A DNA stretch of 64,000 nucleotides from Myxococcales bacterium (GTDB lineage: Bacteria > Desulfobacterota > Binatia > HRBIN30), in NCBI GenBank assembly GCA_037445065.1, contig JBBILD010000003.1, positions 96,001 to 160,000 of the forward strand, read 5' to 3'. Of this stretch, positions 18,260-29,048 are shown in pieces (position 1 is the stretch's first letter; every line of letters starts with the position of its first letter). The position numbers and the translations under genes are program-made. The notes beneath the pieces are model-generated. The model was not told the origin of the DNA and ran no database searches. It was given only the letters and a program-made list of their open reading frames with translations.

Positions 18260-21064
18260 GTGAGCTGGCGCCCACAGTCACTTCCGCTACCACCCGCCCC
18301 CCCGGTGTGGAGCATTGTTCTGTTGGGGGTTTTGGCCGCGGCTTTTTTTGGCTCGCTCGCTTGGTACGGGCTGAACATCGCAGAAGAAGGTGCCACTGTG
18401 CACCTGTTTTTTCGCGTGGCCCAGGGGGAGCGACCCTATCTCGATTTCATCAGCGGTTACGCCCCCGCGTATTTTTACTTCCACGCCGCGCTGCTCCTCC
18501 TTTTCGGCGAATCCATCGTGCCTTTGCGCCTGGTGCTAGCGGCTGTGCACACAGCCAACGTTTTGTTGTTGTACCGTTTGGCTGGCAGCGTGCTGCCCGC
18601 ACGCTGGGCAGTGCTGCCAGCACTCGGGTACATGGCCTCGCTGCCCGTGGTGGAAAGCTCGGAATGCTCGTTTAACGTTCCCTACCCAGCCTGGTACGCG
18701 CTGCTGTTCTCGTTGCTGGGCGTTTTTGTTGTGCGCAGTGCCGCGCGTGGGGCGGCGCTCCGCTGGAGCATTGCCGCCGGTGCGCTCGCCGGTCTGGCGT
18801 TTTCGTTCAAGCCGAACAGTGGTCTCTTTCTGCTTGCGTTTTCGGTGTTGGCGCTGGCGCTGCTCGGCGGTCCTCCACCAGGCCGGGGTGCCGGGCGCGC
18901 CGCGGTGGTGGTCTCGGTGCTCGCTGGAGTTCTCGTCGTTTTGCGCCACCATTGGGCGGCACGAGAGATCGCGGTGTTTTTCTTGCCCTTGCTCCTCTCG
19001 ATCCTTGCGCTCGCGCGGGCGCAGGGTGCGCGGCTTGCTCAAGGAGAGGCCAACCCGTGGGCAGTCTTCGCCCCGTTGGGCGGTTTTCTGGTGATTACGG
19101 CACCATGGTTAATTTGGGCCTGGAGCCAACTGGGAAGCGCGCGCTTTCTGCACGACGTTCTGTTTGTGGGCACGGGTTACGAGCGGTTTTTCTTTGAGCG
19201 ATACCGGGCCTCGCTGCTCGACCTTGGGGCCGCCCTGCTGATGGGCGCCTTGCTGTGGTGGCTACCCACACGCGCGGCGGTGGCGCCGAAATGGCGTCCC
19301 CTGGGCTGGCTGCTGCTCGGCGGCGCAGTCGTTACTGGGTTGGAACTTGTGGGCAGGGCGACGATGCCCGAAGGGCCGCTGGTAGCACTCACTTCGGCCG
19401 CGCAGCGCGGTGCGTTTTTGCTCGTACCGGTAGCCCATACCCTGGCGGGGGTTTGGCTCTGGTTAGCGCGGCCAGCCGGAGACTATGTTTCGCTCGCCGT
19501 CTTGATCCTCGCTGCACAAGCCTACTGGCTGAATGCGTACCCGCGCAGCGATTACTTTCACGTTGCGTACGCTGCACCGCTGAGTTGGGTGTTGGTGGTG
19601 TGGTTGGGACGAGAAGTGGGCCGACGTTGGGCCGACGTGTTCTTTCCGCACTGGCAGCGAGCACTCGCAGCGACCTCGTGGCTGGCGACGGTGAGCTTGC
19701 TCGTGCTGCTCGCGTTGCCCCAAGTCCGGCTGGTGACGCGGGTGGTGGGGACCAGTCTCGGCTGGTCGAGCGGGTTGCAGTGGTTGCCGGTAGAGCGAGC
19801 TCAAATACTGGTACAGGAGGGGCCGGCCGGCACACGCCAGCGGACTCTGGCCGAAGTCGTGTGGTACTTGCGGGACCGAACCGAGCGAGGAGAGTGGTTA
19901 TTTACCTTTCCGGACTTGGAGCTGGTCACCTTCCTGTCAGGGCTCCGGTCGCCGGCTCGCATCGGTTATTTCAAAGCGGGCTGGCCAGCGCACGCGGTCG
20001 AGGCAGAGGTGGTGGATGCGCTCGAAGTTCGCGCCCCGCGCTGGGTCGTGAGCGAAGATCCGGCCTCGTTGTTTTTCTTTGACTCTCCTAGTTACTTCTT
20101 TCTGCTGAGCGACTGGGTGCGGAGGCACTACCGCGAGCATGCTCGCTTTGGGTCGTTCGTGCTGTTCGAGAGAGCCGAGGAGGGGAGTATACGAGCAGGC
20201 CCAGCCTCGGGGCCTGTTCCCCCGCCGCTGGCGACGCGCCTACCCGCGGTATGCGATCGGGACGCCTTGGCGGAGCTGCGCCAAACGCGGGATGCGGCGG
20301 CGGCGCTCGCGTGGGCGCAGGCGTGGGTGAGCGGCGGCCGCCGGAATTGGCAGGAGCCCTGCGCAAAGTTTGCCCTGCGGATCCTCGGGGAAGTGGGAGG
20401 TGGGCTGGTGGCCCGCCTCTTGTTCTCCGGCCCGCCCGCGGTTGGGAAACTCGAAGAAGAGTGGCGGGGTTCGCTGTGGAACTTGGCGGTGCGCGGCATC
20501 TTACGCCCCGCTCATTGGGGAGGGAACCATGCGTGGGCCGAGCAGCGGCAAGCGTGGCGGGAGTTGCGAGGTGACGAGCGCGAGCAATTGAGTTCGTGGC
20601 TAGAGTCGTGGCAGCCGCAGCAATACCGTTTGTTTGCAGCGTGGGCGTTGGCACGAAGCGGCCAGAGCGAGAGCTTGTCCTTACCAAAAGGGGAGGATGT
20701 CGCTGCGATTGTAGCGCGTGCCGTCATGATCACGGAACGACGCGGAGCCGCTGAGGCGTGGGTGGAAATCCTTCTGCACGAGCCTGCCCTACCAAACCTG
20801 ATCCCCGCTTTGTTCTTGCAGTGGGCCGAGCGAGATCGGGAGCAAGGTTGGGGCGTTGTGCGCCGCGTGTGGCCCGAAGCCAACGCCGAGGTACGCTCCA
20901 CCCTTGCGTACTTGACGGCAGTGCTGGCGGCCCCGGAGTCCTGCTCGTGGCTCGCTGAGCAGGAACGAAGCGAACCCGTGGCCGCAGTGCGCCGTGCACT
21001 CGGATGGTCACGGCGCCAACTCTCCCGGCGCGGGATCTGTACTCATCAGGCAGTTTCGGGATAA
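18260..21064 (+). CDS. Large polytopic membrane protein, GT-C (ArnT/PMT)-like, with helical C-terminal domain; paralog 1
   Basis: More than 10 TM segments; first-loop GLNIAEEG..RVAQGERPYLDF; FKPNSG; YPRSDYFH; GWPAHAVEAEV; alternative start TTG 18227. Confidence 0.7.
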   Translation: MSWRPQSLPLPPAPPVWSIVLLGVLAAAFFGSLAWYGLNIAEEGATVHLFFRVAQGERPYLDFISGYAPAYFYFHAALLLLFGESIVPLRLVLAAVHTANVLLLYRLAGSVLPARWAVLPALGYMASLPVVESSECSFNVPYPAWYALLFSLLGVFVVRSAARGAALRWSIAAGALAGLAFSFKPNSGLFLLAFSVLALALLGGPPPGRGAGRAAVVVSVLAGVLVVLRHHWAAREIAVFFLPLLLSILALARAQGARLAQGEANPWAVFAPLGGFLVITAPWLIWAWSQLGSARFLHDVLFVGTGYERFFFERYRASLLDLGAALLMGALLWWLPTRAAVAPKWRPLGWLLLGGAVVTGLELVGRATMPEGPLVALTSAAQRGAFLLVPVAHTLAGVWLWLARPAGDYVSLAVLILAAQAYWLNAYPRSDYFHVAYAAPLSWVLVVWLGREVGRRWADVFFPHWQRALAATSWLATVSLLVLLALPQVRLVTRVVGTSLGWSSGLQWLPVERAQILVQEGPAGTRQRTLAEVVWYLRDRTERGEWLFTFPDLELVTFLSGLRSPARIGYFKAGWPAHAVEAEVVDALEVRAPRWVVSEDPASLFFFDSPSYFFLLSDWVRRHYREHARFGSFVLFERAEEGSIRAGPASGPVPPPLATRLPAVCDRDALAELRQTRDAAAALAWAQAWVSGGRRNWQEPCAKFALRILGEVGGGLVARLLFSGPPAVGKLEEEWRGSLWNLAVRGILRPAHWGGNHAWAEQRQAWRELRGDEREQLSSWLESWQPQQYRLFAAWALARSGQSESLSLPKGEDVAAIVARAVMITERRGAAEAWVEILLHEPALPNLIPALFLQWAERDREQGWGVVRRVWPEANAEVRSTLAYLTAVLAAPESCSWLAEQERSEPVAAVRRALGWSRRQLSRRGICTHQAVSG

Positions 21065-21074
21065 GAGCCCTTTA

Positions 21075-24000
21075 ATGTCGGATCGTGAGTGGAGGCGGGT
21101 GGACGCACTGCCGTTCGTGGCGTCGTGGGCGTACTTCCTGGCGCTGGCTCCCTACGGCCTCAATTTGGACGATGAGGGCACGCTGCTCTACCAGATTTAC
21201 CGAGCAGCGGTCGGACAGCTTCTCTATCGCGACTTTCACGCGGGCTACACGCCAGGGGTTTACTCGCTGAACGCGTTTCTGTGGAACAGCTTCGGCGTCA
21301 ACGTGCTCTACGTTCGCTGGCTGCTGTCCGTGGTCAACGCTGCTTCGGTGCAACTGATTTACTTGTTGGGGCGGCGTGCCGGTGCCGGGCGCATCCCCGC
21401 TGCGCTCGCAGCCGCCAGTTACGTTGCCTTGATTCCGTTCTACGACGGGAATTTTCTGTCCGCGAACATCCCATACCCCATTTGGTACGTGGTGTTTTTC
21501 TGGCTCAAAGGCCTGTTCGTGCTCACCCAGTGGTGGCGCAGCGGGCGCCCGTGGTGGGTCTTTGCTTTGGGAGTGCTGGGCGGCTTGGTGTTTTGGTTCA
21601 AACCCAACAGTGGTGTGCTCGCTTGTGGAGGCTTCTTGACGGCGCTGGTTTGTCTAACCCACTTGGCCGACAACGATGGGACGCAAGGGTGGGCAGAGCG
21701 CGCGGCCGCCTGGGTGCACAACTTGTTGCCATGGGTCTTTGTGCTGGGTGTGGTGTGGATGATCTCCAGCGCTGGCAGCTTGCGTGAACAGTTGGTGCTT
21801 GCGCTTCCCGTGGCAGCGTTCGTTGTGCTGGCTCGGCGCGGGGCGCCGGCACTTGACCAAAAACTGCCTGCGGCCCGGCTGTGGGCATTGGTGGGAAGCT
21901 TTGCTGGAGGCTTCTTGGTCGTGACCATGCCATGGACCCTGTACTACTGGAGCGTGCTCGGCACGCGCTGGTTCCTACGTGCTGTACTGTTCATCGGCAC
22001 GGACTTCGAGCGTTTTTACTACATTCCTTATCCGCACTTGAGTGACGCGGGGCTGGCCACCGGTGGGGCCATCGCGCTGCTCGCCGTCGTGGTTGCCGTT
22101 GTGCGCATCCGCCTGCTGCCCCGCTGGCTCGTTTGGGTCGGGGCGGTGGTGGCCTTGTGCGGGGCAGCGGTGTGGCTGTGGCGTAACCCGCCGCCCATGA
22201 TCGAGGGCTGGTCGGCTTCCGTGATCATGCGGGTACGTGACCTATCCTTTGCCTTGGCATTGTGGACCTTGTGGTCGGGCATCGGCCTGTGGTGGCTGCG
22301 GCAGCGGCGCCTGGAACGGGCGAGGAAACTGTGGCCGGGTGAGGGCGCGCTGCCGGTGCGCTTGCGGCGCGAGCAAGCAGTCCTGGTGATCCTGTTGCTG
22401 GGTGCCGTGGCGATGCACGTGCAACTCTACCCGCGCGCGGACTTCATGCACTTGGTTCCGGCTGCTCCCGGTTTGCTTGTGGTGGGCGCGTGGGTCCTTT
22501 CGCGGGGGACAGAGCGGGCGGCTGTGGTGCTGGTTGGCCTGCGCCGTTGGGGCCGCCGGCTGGCTGCGGCGAGTTTGTTGCCGGTTGTTGTGGTCGTGGC
22601 GAGTATGGTTGCGCCCGCGGTGCAGCGCGCTGCGTATTTACTGCGCGCGGAGTGGACCGGCGATCGCACTGCGTTAGTAGAGCTGGCGCACCCGCGTGCG
22701 CCACTGCTGATCGAGCCCGCCGCGGGGCGCCTGTTCCTCTCGTTGCGTGATACTGCGCGCTTTCTTGCTGAGCGGTCCTCTCCCGGGGAGTTCGTGTTCA
22801 CGTTCCCGGTGCTGGATGTACTCTTGCTTCTCAGCGATCGCCACAACCCAACGCGTCATGGGTACTTCTACCCGGGCTGGCCGGGCCACGCCGTAGAGGC
22901 GGAGGTGCTCGACGATTTGCGGACCCGCCCACCGCGCTGGATCGTGTTGTTGCACGAGCATCCGCTCTTTTTTGCCACTGCTCCCGTGTATTTCTTCAAC
23001 CTCCGCCGGTACGTGACCGAGGCTTATGCACTCGAGCGCCGCATCGGCATGTTCGAGCTGCTGCGTCGGGCCGATGCTCCAGGCCAGCCTTTTGCGGCGG
23101 AAGAGCCGGAGCCCATGGGTTCGCTGTGGCGGCGCGAACTCGCCAGCGGGCACGGAGCGACCCGGCGAACCTTGCTCCGTTTGCTGGAAAACGCCGACGC
23201 GGGCCCAGGCGGGAAGGAACGCCTTGCTGCGGCGCTTCTCGCTGCTGAAGAGGAGGTACGCTGCGAGTTCGTGCGGCTGGTGCGCAAGAGCCGCAGTCGC
23301 GAGGGTGCCGTTGTGCTGGCGCTTTTGCTGGAAGCCGAAGAGAACGGCAGCCGGTGTCAGCAGCTTGCCATTCGGGCCTTGTCGGAAAGCGCCCGGGAAG
23401 AATCGGTTCCGGCGTTGTTACGCGCCTATGAGAGCCGGCCCGAGCTGCGGCCTTGGGTTGCTGGCATCCTGTTCAATGTCGGTAGCAAGGTTGCGTTCGA
23501 GACGTACTGGTTCAGCAGCGACGAAGTGGAGCGCGAGCCGCGCTTTCGCATTGACTCCCGGACCCTGGCCGAATGGATGGACGACCCCTTCCAGTCCTAC
23601 GCCTTGCGCTCGTTTGCCATTCGCACGGCCGGACTGTTGCGAGATCCCGCGGGAATTCCCGTGCTGGTGCGCTTACTTGGCGACAGTGGTGATTGGCGCG
23701 ACTTAGCGGCGCAGGCAGCCGACTCGTTGGCTGCCCTGGGCTATGCCCGCTGGTATTTACCTGCAATTGTCTCGCTGATCCCGGTCGACCCGTTGTGGGT
23801 GCCTGCGGTGGTAGCCCAGCAGTGGAACCCCAAGGATTCGCTAGCGCGCGCCCGCCTCGAAGGTTTACTGGCGCTCGCCAGTGGCAGTCCGCGCCAAGTG
23901 GCGTTTTGGATCGCCGCTGGGGTCCGTGATCCCTCCTTCCAGCCCTGGCTCGAGGCTGGGGTAGCGGATGCGGATCGCGAGGTGCGCATCGCCTCGGCGT

Positions 24001-24125
24001 GGGGTCTCGGTGAGCTCGGGGAAAAGAGCGCGATCGAGGTATTGGAACGGGCGCTCGAGAACGAGCGCAACGACGAGGTGCGTCGCTTTCTTCTCGGCGC
24101 CATGCGCAAGCTCGGTGCCGGATGA
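21075..24125 (+). CDS. Large polytopic membrane protein, GT-C (ArnT/PMT)-like, with C-terminal HEAT repeats; paralog 2
   Basis: GLNLDDEG..RAAVGQLLYRDF; FKPNSG; YPRADFMH; GWPGHAVEAEV; HEAT-like DADREVRIASAWGLGELG, ERNDEVRR. Confidence 0.72.
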   Translation: MSDREWRRVDALPFVASWAYFLALAPYGLNLDDEGTLLYQIYRAAVGQLLYRDFHAGYTPGVYSLNAFLWNSFGVNVLYVRWLLSVVNAASVQLIYLLGRRAGAGRIPAALAAASYVALIPFYDGNFLSANIPYPIWYVVFFWLKGLFVLTQWWRSGRPWWVFALGVLGGLVFWFKPNSGVLACGGFLTALVCLTHLADNDGTQGWAERAAAWVHNLLPWVFVLGVVWMISSAGSLREQLVLALPVAAFVVLARRGAPALDQKLPAARLWALVGSFAGGFLVVTMPWTLYYWSVLGTRWFLRAVLFIGTDFERFYYIPYPHLSDAGLATGGAIALLAVVVAVVRIRLLPRWLVWVGAVVALCGAAVWLWRNPPPMIEGWSASVIMRVRDLSFALALWTLWSGIGLWWLRQRRLERARKLWPGEGALPVRLRREQAVLVILLLGAVAMHVQLYPRADFMHLVPAAPGLLVVGAWVLSRGTERAAVVLVGLRRWGRRLAAASLLPVVVVVASMVAPAVQRAAYLLRAEWTGDRTALVELAHPRAPLLIEPAAGRLFLSLRDTARFLAERSSPGEFVFTFPVLDVLLLLSDRHNPTRHGYFYPGWPGHAVEAEVLDDLRTRPPRWIVLLHEHPLFFATAPVYFFNLRRYVTEAYALERRIGMFELLRRADAPGQPFAAEEPEPMGSLWRRELASGHGATRRTLLRLLENADAGPGGKERLAAALLAAEEEVRCEFVRLVRKSRSREGAVVLALLLEAEENGSRCQQLAIRALSESAREESVPALLRAYESRPELRPWVAGILFNVGSKVAFETYWFSSDEVEREPRFRIDSRTLAEWMDDPFQSYALRSFAIRTAGLLRDPAGIPVLVRLLGDSGDWRDLAAQAADSLAALGYARWYLPAIVSLIPVDPLWVPAVVAQQWNPKDSLARARLEGLLALASGSPRQVAFWIAAGVRDPSFQPWLEAGVADADREVRIASAWGLGELGEKSAIEVLERALENERNDEVRRFLLGAMRKLGAG

Positions 24126-24181
24126 CACAAGTTGCACCACGAGTTTGACAATTCGTGCGAGTTCGACCAACTTGCGCCTCC

Positions 24182-24976
24182 ATGCCAGAATTGGGCGAGC
24201 ACGGTGGGTTGTTCACGGGCGAGCGCTTGCACGCGGCGGATCCGCTTTTCCAAGCCGACCTGGCCCGGCACTTGGTGGCTTACCGCTACGCCCAGCAGCA
24301 CGCTTCCGGCAAGACCGTGCTGGATGCCGGTTGCGGGGATGGATACGGGAGTGCTCTTTTGGCCGAGAGCGCGACATTGGTCGTGGGCGTGGACCGCTCA
24401 GCCGAGGCGATCGAGCTTGCGCGCCAGCGTTACCGCCGGTCGAATTTGCGCTACGACTGCTTGCCTCTCGAACAACTCGACACCTTGCAGGAGCGCTTCG
24501 ACCTCATCTGCCACTTTCAAGTGATCGAGCACCTGACCGATCCGCGCCCATTTTTGCGCGCTGCGCATCAGGCGTTGCAACCCACTGGCGTGCTCCTGAT
24601 CACGACCCCGAATCGGCCCTTGTCACGGGTCGAAAACCCCTACCATGTCCGCGAGTACGAAGCCGACGAACTGCTTGCGTTGTTACGCGAGGTTTTCCCC
24701 CGCGTGGAGTTGGAGGGGGTGTGGGGAAACGAGGCGGTGATGGCCTTCGAGGAAGAGCGCGCTCGGCGCGCGCTCCGCGTGCTGCGCTTGGATCCGCTGG
24801 GAGTGCGCCGTCTCCTCCCGCGCAGCGTGATCGAATGGGCTTACCCGCGCTTGGCACGTTGGGTGCGCCGAGGCGTTTCGGCGGCCGGGAAAACGGCGAT
24901 TACCGAGGCCGACTTTTCGATTCGCCCGGAGGCGGAGGGCGCCCTCGATCTATTGGCTCGCTGCTACCGGCAGTGA
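24182..24976 (+). CDS. Class I SAM-dependent methyltransferase (TGER-type, Rv3030-like)
   Basis: FTGER, RHLVAY, VLDAGCGDGYG, FQVIEHL, ITTPNR, NPYHVREY. Confidence 0.87.
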   Translation: MPELGEHGGLFTGERLHAADPLFQADLARHLVAYRYAQQHASGKTVLDAGCGDGYGSALLAESATLVVGVDRSAEAIELARQRYRRSNLRYDCLPLEQLDTLQERFDLICHFQVIEHLTDPRPFLRAAHQALQPTGVLLITTPNRPLSRVENPYHVREYEADELLALLREVFPRVELEGVWGNEAVMAFEEERARRALRVLRLDPLGVRRLLPRSVIEWAYPRLARWVRRGVSAAGKTAITEADFSIRPEAEGALDLLARCYRQ

Positions 24977-25018
24977 GGGGTCGGCAGACTTGCCGGGCCG
25001 AAGTGTTGGCACACGCCC

Positions 25019-25546
25019 ATGGCGAATTTGCTGCGTCCTTTGCTTGCGGGCCAGAAAACACAGGCGGGTTCGCGCCCGAGGTGCAATCGGGGTACAGGAC
25101 GAGTCTTCGTCTTAGTGCTGGTGGCCATTGCGGCTGCGACCACAGGGTGCCGCGGTGGGGCGGATCTGAGACAGACGCTGAGGGACTGGGTAGCCGCCTG
25201 GAACCGGCGCGACCTCCCGACTTTAAATCGCGTCTTCCTGCCGAACGGAACGTTCACGGGTTTCGACGGGAAAACCGGGCCGGCTGTTGTGCAGCGAGCC
25301 GCCTTCGCGGGGCTTTGGGCACTGGTTCCCGACGCGCAGCTCCGGATCGTCCGATGGCTTCCCACCGAGCGCGGAATGGCCGTGACGTGGATCATCGAAG
25401 GCAAGAGCGTGTCTGGGCTGGCTACGAGCCTACGCGGTCTGTGCGTGGCGGAAGGTTCCGGGACGAAACTGGCTGCGCTGCGCTGCTACTCCGATGTCAC
25501 CCCGCTGTTGCGCCTGCTTCCGCCGCGTCCGTCCTCCTCGACGTAA
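25019..25546 (+). CDS. Putative exported NTF2/SnoaL-like domain protein
   Basis: Hydrophobic stretch ending AATTGC; WVAAWNRRD...FLPNGTF...PDAQL pattern; start uncertain. Confidence 0.55.
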   Translation: MANLLRPLLAGQKTQAGSRPRCNRGTGRVFVLVLVAIAAATTGCRGGADLRQTLRDWVAAWNRRDLPTLNRVFLPNGTFTGFDGKTGPAVVQRAAFAGLWALVPDAQLRIVRWLPTERGMAVTWIIEGKSVSGLATSLRGLCVAEGSGTKLAALRCYSDVTPLLRLLPPRPSSST

Positions 25547-25959
25547 CCGAACGGGCACCTCGGGAGGGGCGATGCGAAACCTGTGGCGCGCCATCGTCGA
25601 GGGTGAGGGAGAAGCGGTGAGATGAGCACCGGCGCGCCGCCCCGGTGGGGCGTTCGCTCAAGAGGAGGGAAGGGAGCCGGGGGGATCTTCTGCGCTGCGA
25701 CCGGTGAGGGACCCCGGGCAATGAAACACGCACTGCGCGCGAGGTGGAGTGGACCGCCCCGCAAGCCTTGCCGCAACGTCTACGCGAGCGCCACCGTGGC
25801 CAAAGCCGAGGGCTGTGCGAACGCAACGCTCCCCAACCCCCTGGGTGGGTTGGGCTCCGGAGAGACGTGAGTCGTCAAAGCTCGCCTTTGCGTCCGGCCT
25901 TGGAAGACGACCGATGGGTGCGAGAGACCACAGCGGCACGGATCTCCCGTGCAGTGGGC

Positions 25960-26058
25960 TCACGGCAAGAGCAGGTAGAGCAAGTCCAAGGCGACAAAGG
26001 AGCCGAGGGTGGCGGCGATGAGCGCCCAAAGCAATTTGCGGCGGGTGCTCGGTGTCAT
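25960..26058 (-). CDS. Small single-pass membrane peptide (32 aa), coupled to tkt
   Basis: ATG overlaps the tkt stop (TGATG); [32 protein letters not shown]. Confidence 0.5.
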   Translation of the reverse strand: MTPSTRRKLLWALIAATLGSFVALDLLYLLLP

Positions 26059-28070
26059 CAGGTAAGCACCTCTTTTACCAGCCGGACCAAGTTTGCGGTG
26101 TGAAACCCCAGCTTCTCGAGCACAACTTCCCCTGGTGCGGACGCTCCGAAGCGGTCGAGCCTGAGGACGCGACCCCTTTCCCCGACCCAGCGCTCCCAAC
26201 CCAGAGCCACTCCCGCTTCCACCGCCACGCGAGCGTTCAGCTTCGCAGGCAACACGGCCTCGCGGTAGTTTTGATCTTGCCGCGCAAAGAGTTCCCAGGA
26301 CGGCATGGAGACGACTCGCACGTAGATCCGTTCCTTCTCCAAGGCGGCCTGCGCGGCGAGAGCCAAGTGCACCTCGGAGCCACTGGCAAGGATGACGGCG
26401 TCCGGCTTTCCGGACGCAGCCTCGGAGAGCACATAGGCGCCACGTTCCAGCAGGCCGGCAGGGGCGAATCGTTGTCGATCGAGGACTGGCAGTTTCTGGC
26501 GCGACAAGATCAAGGCTACAGGTCCCTCTCGGTACTGCATGACCCAGCGCCAGGCAGCCGCGGTTTCATTGGCGTCGCAGGGGCGAACCACCACCAGCCC
26601 AGGGATGGCCCGCAGCGCCGCCAGGTGTTCTACCGGTTGGTGTGTGGGGCCGTCTTCGCCGACACCGATGGAATCGTGCGTCCACACATAAATCACGGGC
26701 AGGTGGCTCAGTGCCGCGAGGCGAACGGGCGGGCGCATGTAGTCAGAAAACACCAGGAAGGTGGAGACAAACGGGCGCAAACCGCCATGGTAACAGAGCC
26801 CGTTTGCGATCGCACCCATAGCATGCTCGCGCACACCGAAGTGCAAGTTGCGGCCAGCGCCAGTTTGCCCATCGAAGTCCCCGGCACCGAGGAGAGCCGT
26901 GTTTGTGGAAACGGAAAGGTCCGCGTCGCCTCCCACCAGGAACGGTACGCGTTTCGCGATCGCATTGAGGACTTTGCCTCCGGCTATGCGTGTCGCCTGC
27001 GGCTCGCTGGTCGAGAACTCCGGGATGTCCTTGCCCCAGCCCTGCGGCAACTCGCCGAGCCAGAAGCGGTGCCATTCTTCGGCCAGGTCGGGGTACGCGT
27101 GGGCATATTCGGCAAAGCGTTCGTCCCAATGGGCCTGTGCTCGCCGCCCGCGCTCGACCGCTTGGCGGAAATGCTGCAGGGCTTGCGGCGGAACCAAGAA
27201 CTCCTGATTTGGGTCCCAGCCAAGTGCCTCTTTGGTTCGCCGGACTTCGTCTGCTCCTAAAGGGCTGCCGTGTGCCTCGCGGGTACCTGCCTTATTGGGC
27301 GAACCGTAACCGAGCGTCGTATGCACAATAATGAGGGCCGGAGCCGAGGTGTCGCTTTCTGCCTCCGTTAGGGCTTGGTCAATGGCGGCGGTGTCATAGT
27401 TGCCGTGAGCGACCTCGAACACCCGCCAGCCGCATGCGCGAAAGCGGGCAGCGACGTCCTCAGAAAAAGCGAGCGAAGTCGGCCCATCCAAAGAGACTCC
27501 ATTGGAGTCGTACAAAAAGATCAGTTTCCCCAAACGAAGGTGGCCGGCGAGCGACGCAGCCTCGGCGCAAACGCCTTCCATCATGTCTCCGTCGGACAGG
27601 AGTGCATACGTACGGTGGTCCACGATGGGGAAACCCGGCCGGTTGAACCGGTGCGCCAACATCCGCTCTGCGATGGCCATTCCAACTGCGTTGGCCGCGC
27701 CCTGTCCCAAAGGGCCAGTCGTGGCCTCTACTCCGGGGGTCAAGCGAAACTCGGGGTGCCCGGGGGTGATACTTCCCCATTGGCGAAAGGCCCGCAGATC
27801 TTCCAGTGTGACGTCATAACCGGTCAGATACAGGAGGGCATACAGGAGCATGCTGCCGTGGCCAGCGGAAAGCACGAAGCGGTCGCGGTCGGGCCACAGG
27901 GGGTTTGCTGGGTTATGCCGCAAATGGTGCTGCCAAAGGACGTATGCCATCGGCGCGGCACCGAGCGGGAGGCCAGGATGCCCGGAATTCGCCCGCTGCA
28001 CCGCGTCGATTGCCAGAGTGCGGATGGTGTTGATACAGAGCGTCTCAAGCTCGCGGTCGGTCGCCCTCAC
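26058..28070 (-). CDS. tkt: Transketolase
   Basis: [62 protein letters not shown] start with AGGAGG. Confidence 0.97.
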   Translation of the reverse strand: MRATDRELETLCINTIRTLAIDAVQRANSGHPGLPLGAAPMAYVLWQHHLRHNPANPLWPDRDRFVLSAGHGSMLLYALLYLTGYDVTLEDLRAFRQWGSITPGHPEFRLTPGVEATTGPLGQGAANAVGMAIAERMLAHRFNRPGFPIVDHRTYALLSDGDMMEGVCAEAASLAGHLRLGKLIFLYDSNGVSLDGPTSLAFSEDVAARFRACGWRVFEVAHGNYDTAAIDQALTEAESDTSAPALIIVHTTLGYGSPNKAGTREAHGSPLGADEVRRTKEALGWDPNQEFLVPPQALQHFRQAVERGRRAQAHWDERFAEYAHAYPDLAEEWHRFWLGELPQGWGKDIPEFSTSEPQATRIAGGKVLNAIAKRVPFLVGGDADLSVSTNTALLGAGDFDGQTGAGRNLHFGVREHAMGAIANGLCYHGGLRPFVSTFLVFSDYMRPPVRLAALSHLPVIYVWTHDSIGVGEDGPTHQPVEHLAALRAIPGLVVVRPCDANETAAAWRWVMQYREGPVALILSRQKLPVLDRQRFAPAGLLERGAYVLSEAASGKPDAVILASGSEVHLALAAQAALEKERIYVRVVSMPSWELFARQDQNYREAVLPAKLNARVAVEAGVALGWERWVGERGRVLRLDRFGASAPGEVVLEKLGFHTANLVRLVKEVLT

Positions 28071-28249
28071 TCTTCCTCCTTTCCGGCTGCGCACGGCGTG
28101 CACGCGCAGGGTTCTGCTGTAGCCCAAGCGCGCGAGTCGTGCACGCAGCTCCTGTGCTTGTTTCAACGCTGCGCCTCCCGCATAGTGCCGGCCAGCGAGC
28201 GCCCCCGGGAGCGGGTGTGCGCCAGTGACGAGAAGGAGGACAGTTGGAC

Positions 28250-29029
28250 ATGGCCTTCGAATTTATTCGGTACGAGAAGAGTGGGCGCTTGGCGCGGATC
28301 ACGATCAATCGGCCGGAAGTTATGAATGCGCTGCATCCACCTGCAAACCTAGAACTGTCGCAGGCGTTCGATGACTTTGCAGGCGACCCCGAGGTATGGG
28401 TGGCGATCATTACCGGAGCAGGGGACAAGGCATTTTCCGCCGGTAATGATCTCAAGTACACAGCCACGCATGGGATGGGTGAGATCGCTGTGGGCAACGG
28501 TGGCTTTGGCGGAATCACGGCTCGCTTCGATCTGTTCAAGCCTGTGATCGCAGCCGTTAACGGCGTGGCCCTTGGCGGTGGATTCGAGATCGCTCTTGCC
28601 TGCGATATCATCGTGGCTGCTGAGCACGCGCGTTTCGGTTTGCCCGAGCCGCGGGTAGGTTTGGCCGCTCTGGCGGGCGGCATGCAGCGCTTGCCCAGGC
28701 AAATGCCGATCAAAATCGCCATGGGTTACATGCTCACAGGCAAGCACATGACAGCGGCTGAGGCGCACCGCTGGGGAATCGTGAACGAAGTGGTTCCTGG
28801 AGCCGAACTCATGGCGGCTGCGGAGCGCTGGGCAAACGAGATTCTCGAGTGCTCTCCGGTTTCCGTGCGTGCGACGAAGCAAGTGGCGCTGCAAAGCCAG
28901 GGGCTTCCGCTCCAGGAAGCGTTGAGTCGCTCTTACTCGCTGGTGGGCGACTTGTTCCGCTCTGAGGATATGATGGAGGGCGTGCTTGCATTTGCACAAA
29001 AGCGCAAGCCGCAGTGGAAAGGCAAGTAG
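28250..29029 (+). CDS. Enoyl-CoA hydratase family protein (CaiD-like)
   Basis: [56 protein letters not shown]. Confidence 0.92.
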   Translation: MAFEFIRYEKSGRLARITINRPEVMNALHPPANLELSQAFDDFAGDPEVWVAIITGAGDKAFSAGNDLKYTATHGMGEIAVGNGGFGGITARFDLFKPVIAAVNGVALGGGFEIALACDIIVAAEHARFGLPEPRVGLAALAGGMQRLPRQMPIKIAMGYMLTGKHMTAAEAHRWGIVNEVVPGAELMAAAERWANEILECSPVSVRATKQVALQSQGLPLQEALSRSYSLVGDLFRSEDMMEGVLAFAQKRKPQWKGK

Positions 29030-29048
29030 GCGCGCGATCGTCGCGTCG

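Noticed and set aside
26052..28325. Long plus-strand ORFs (402 aa, 316 aa)
   Set aside because: Antisense to transketolase; no motifs
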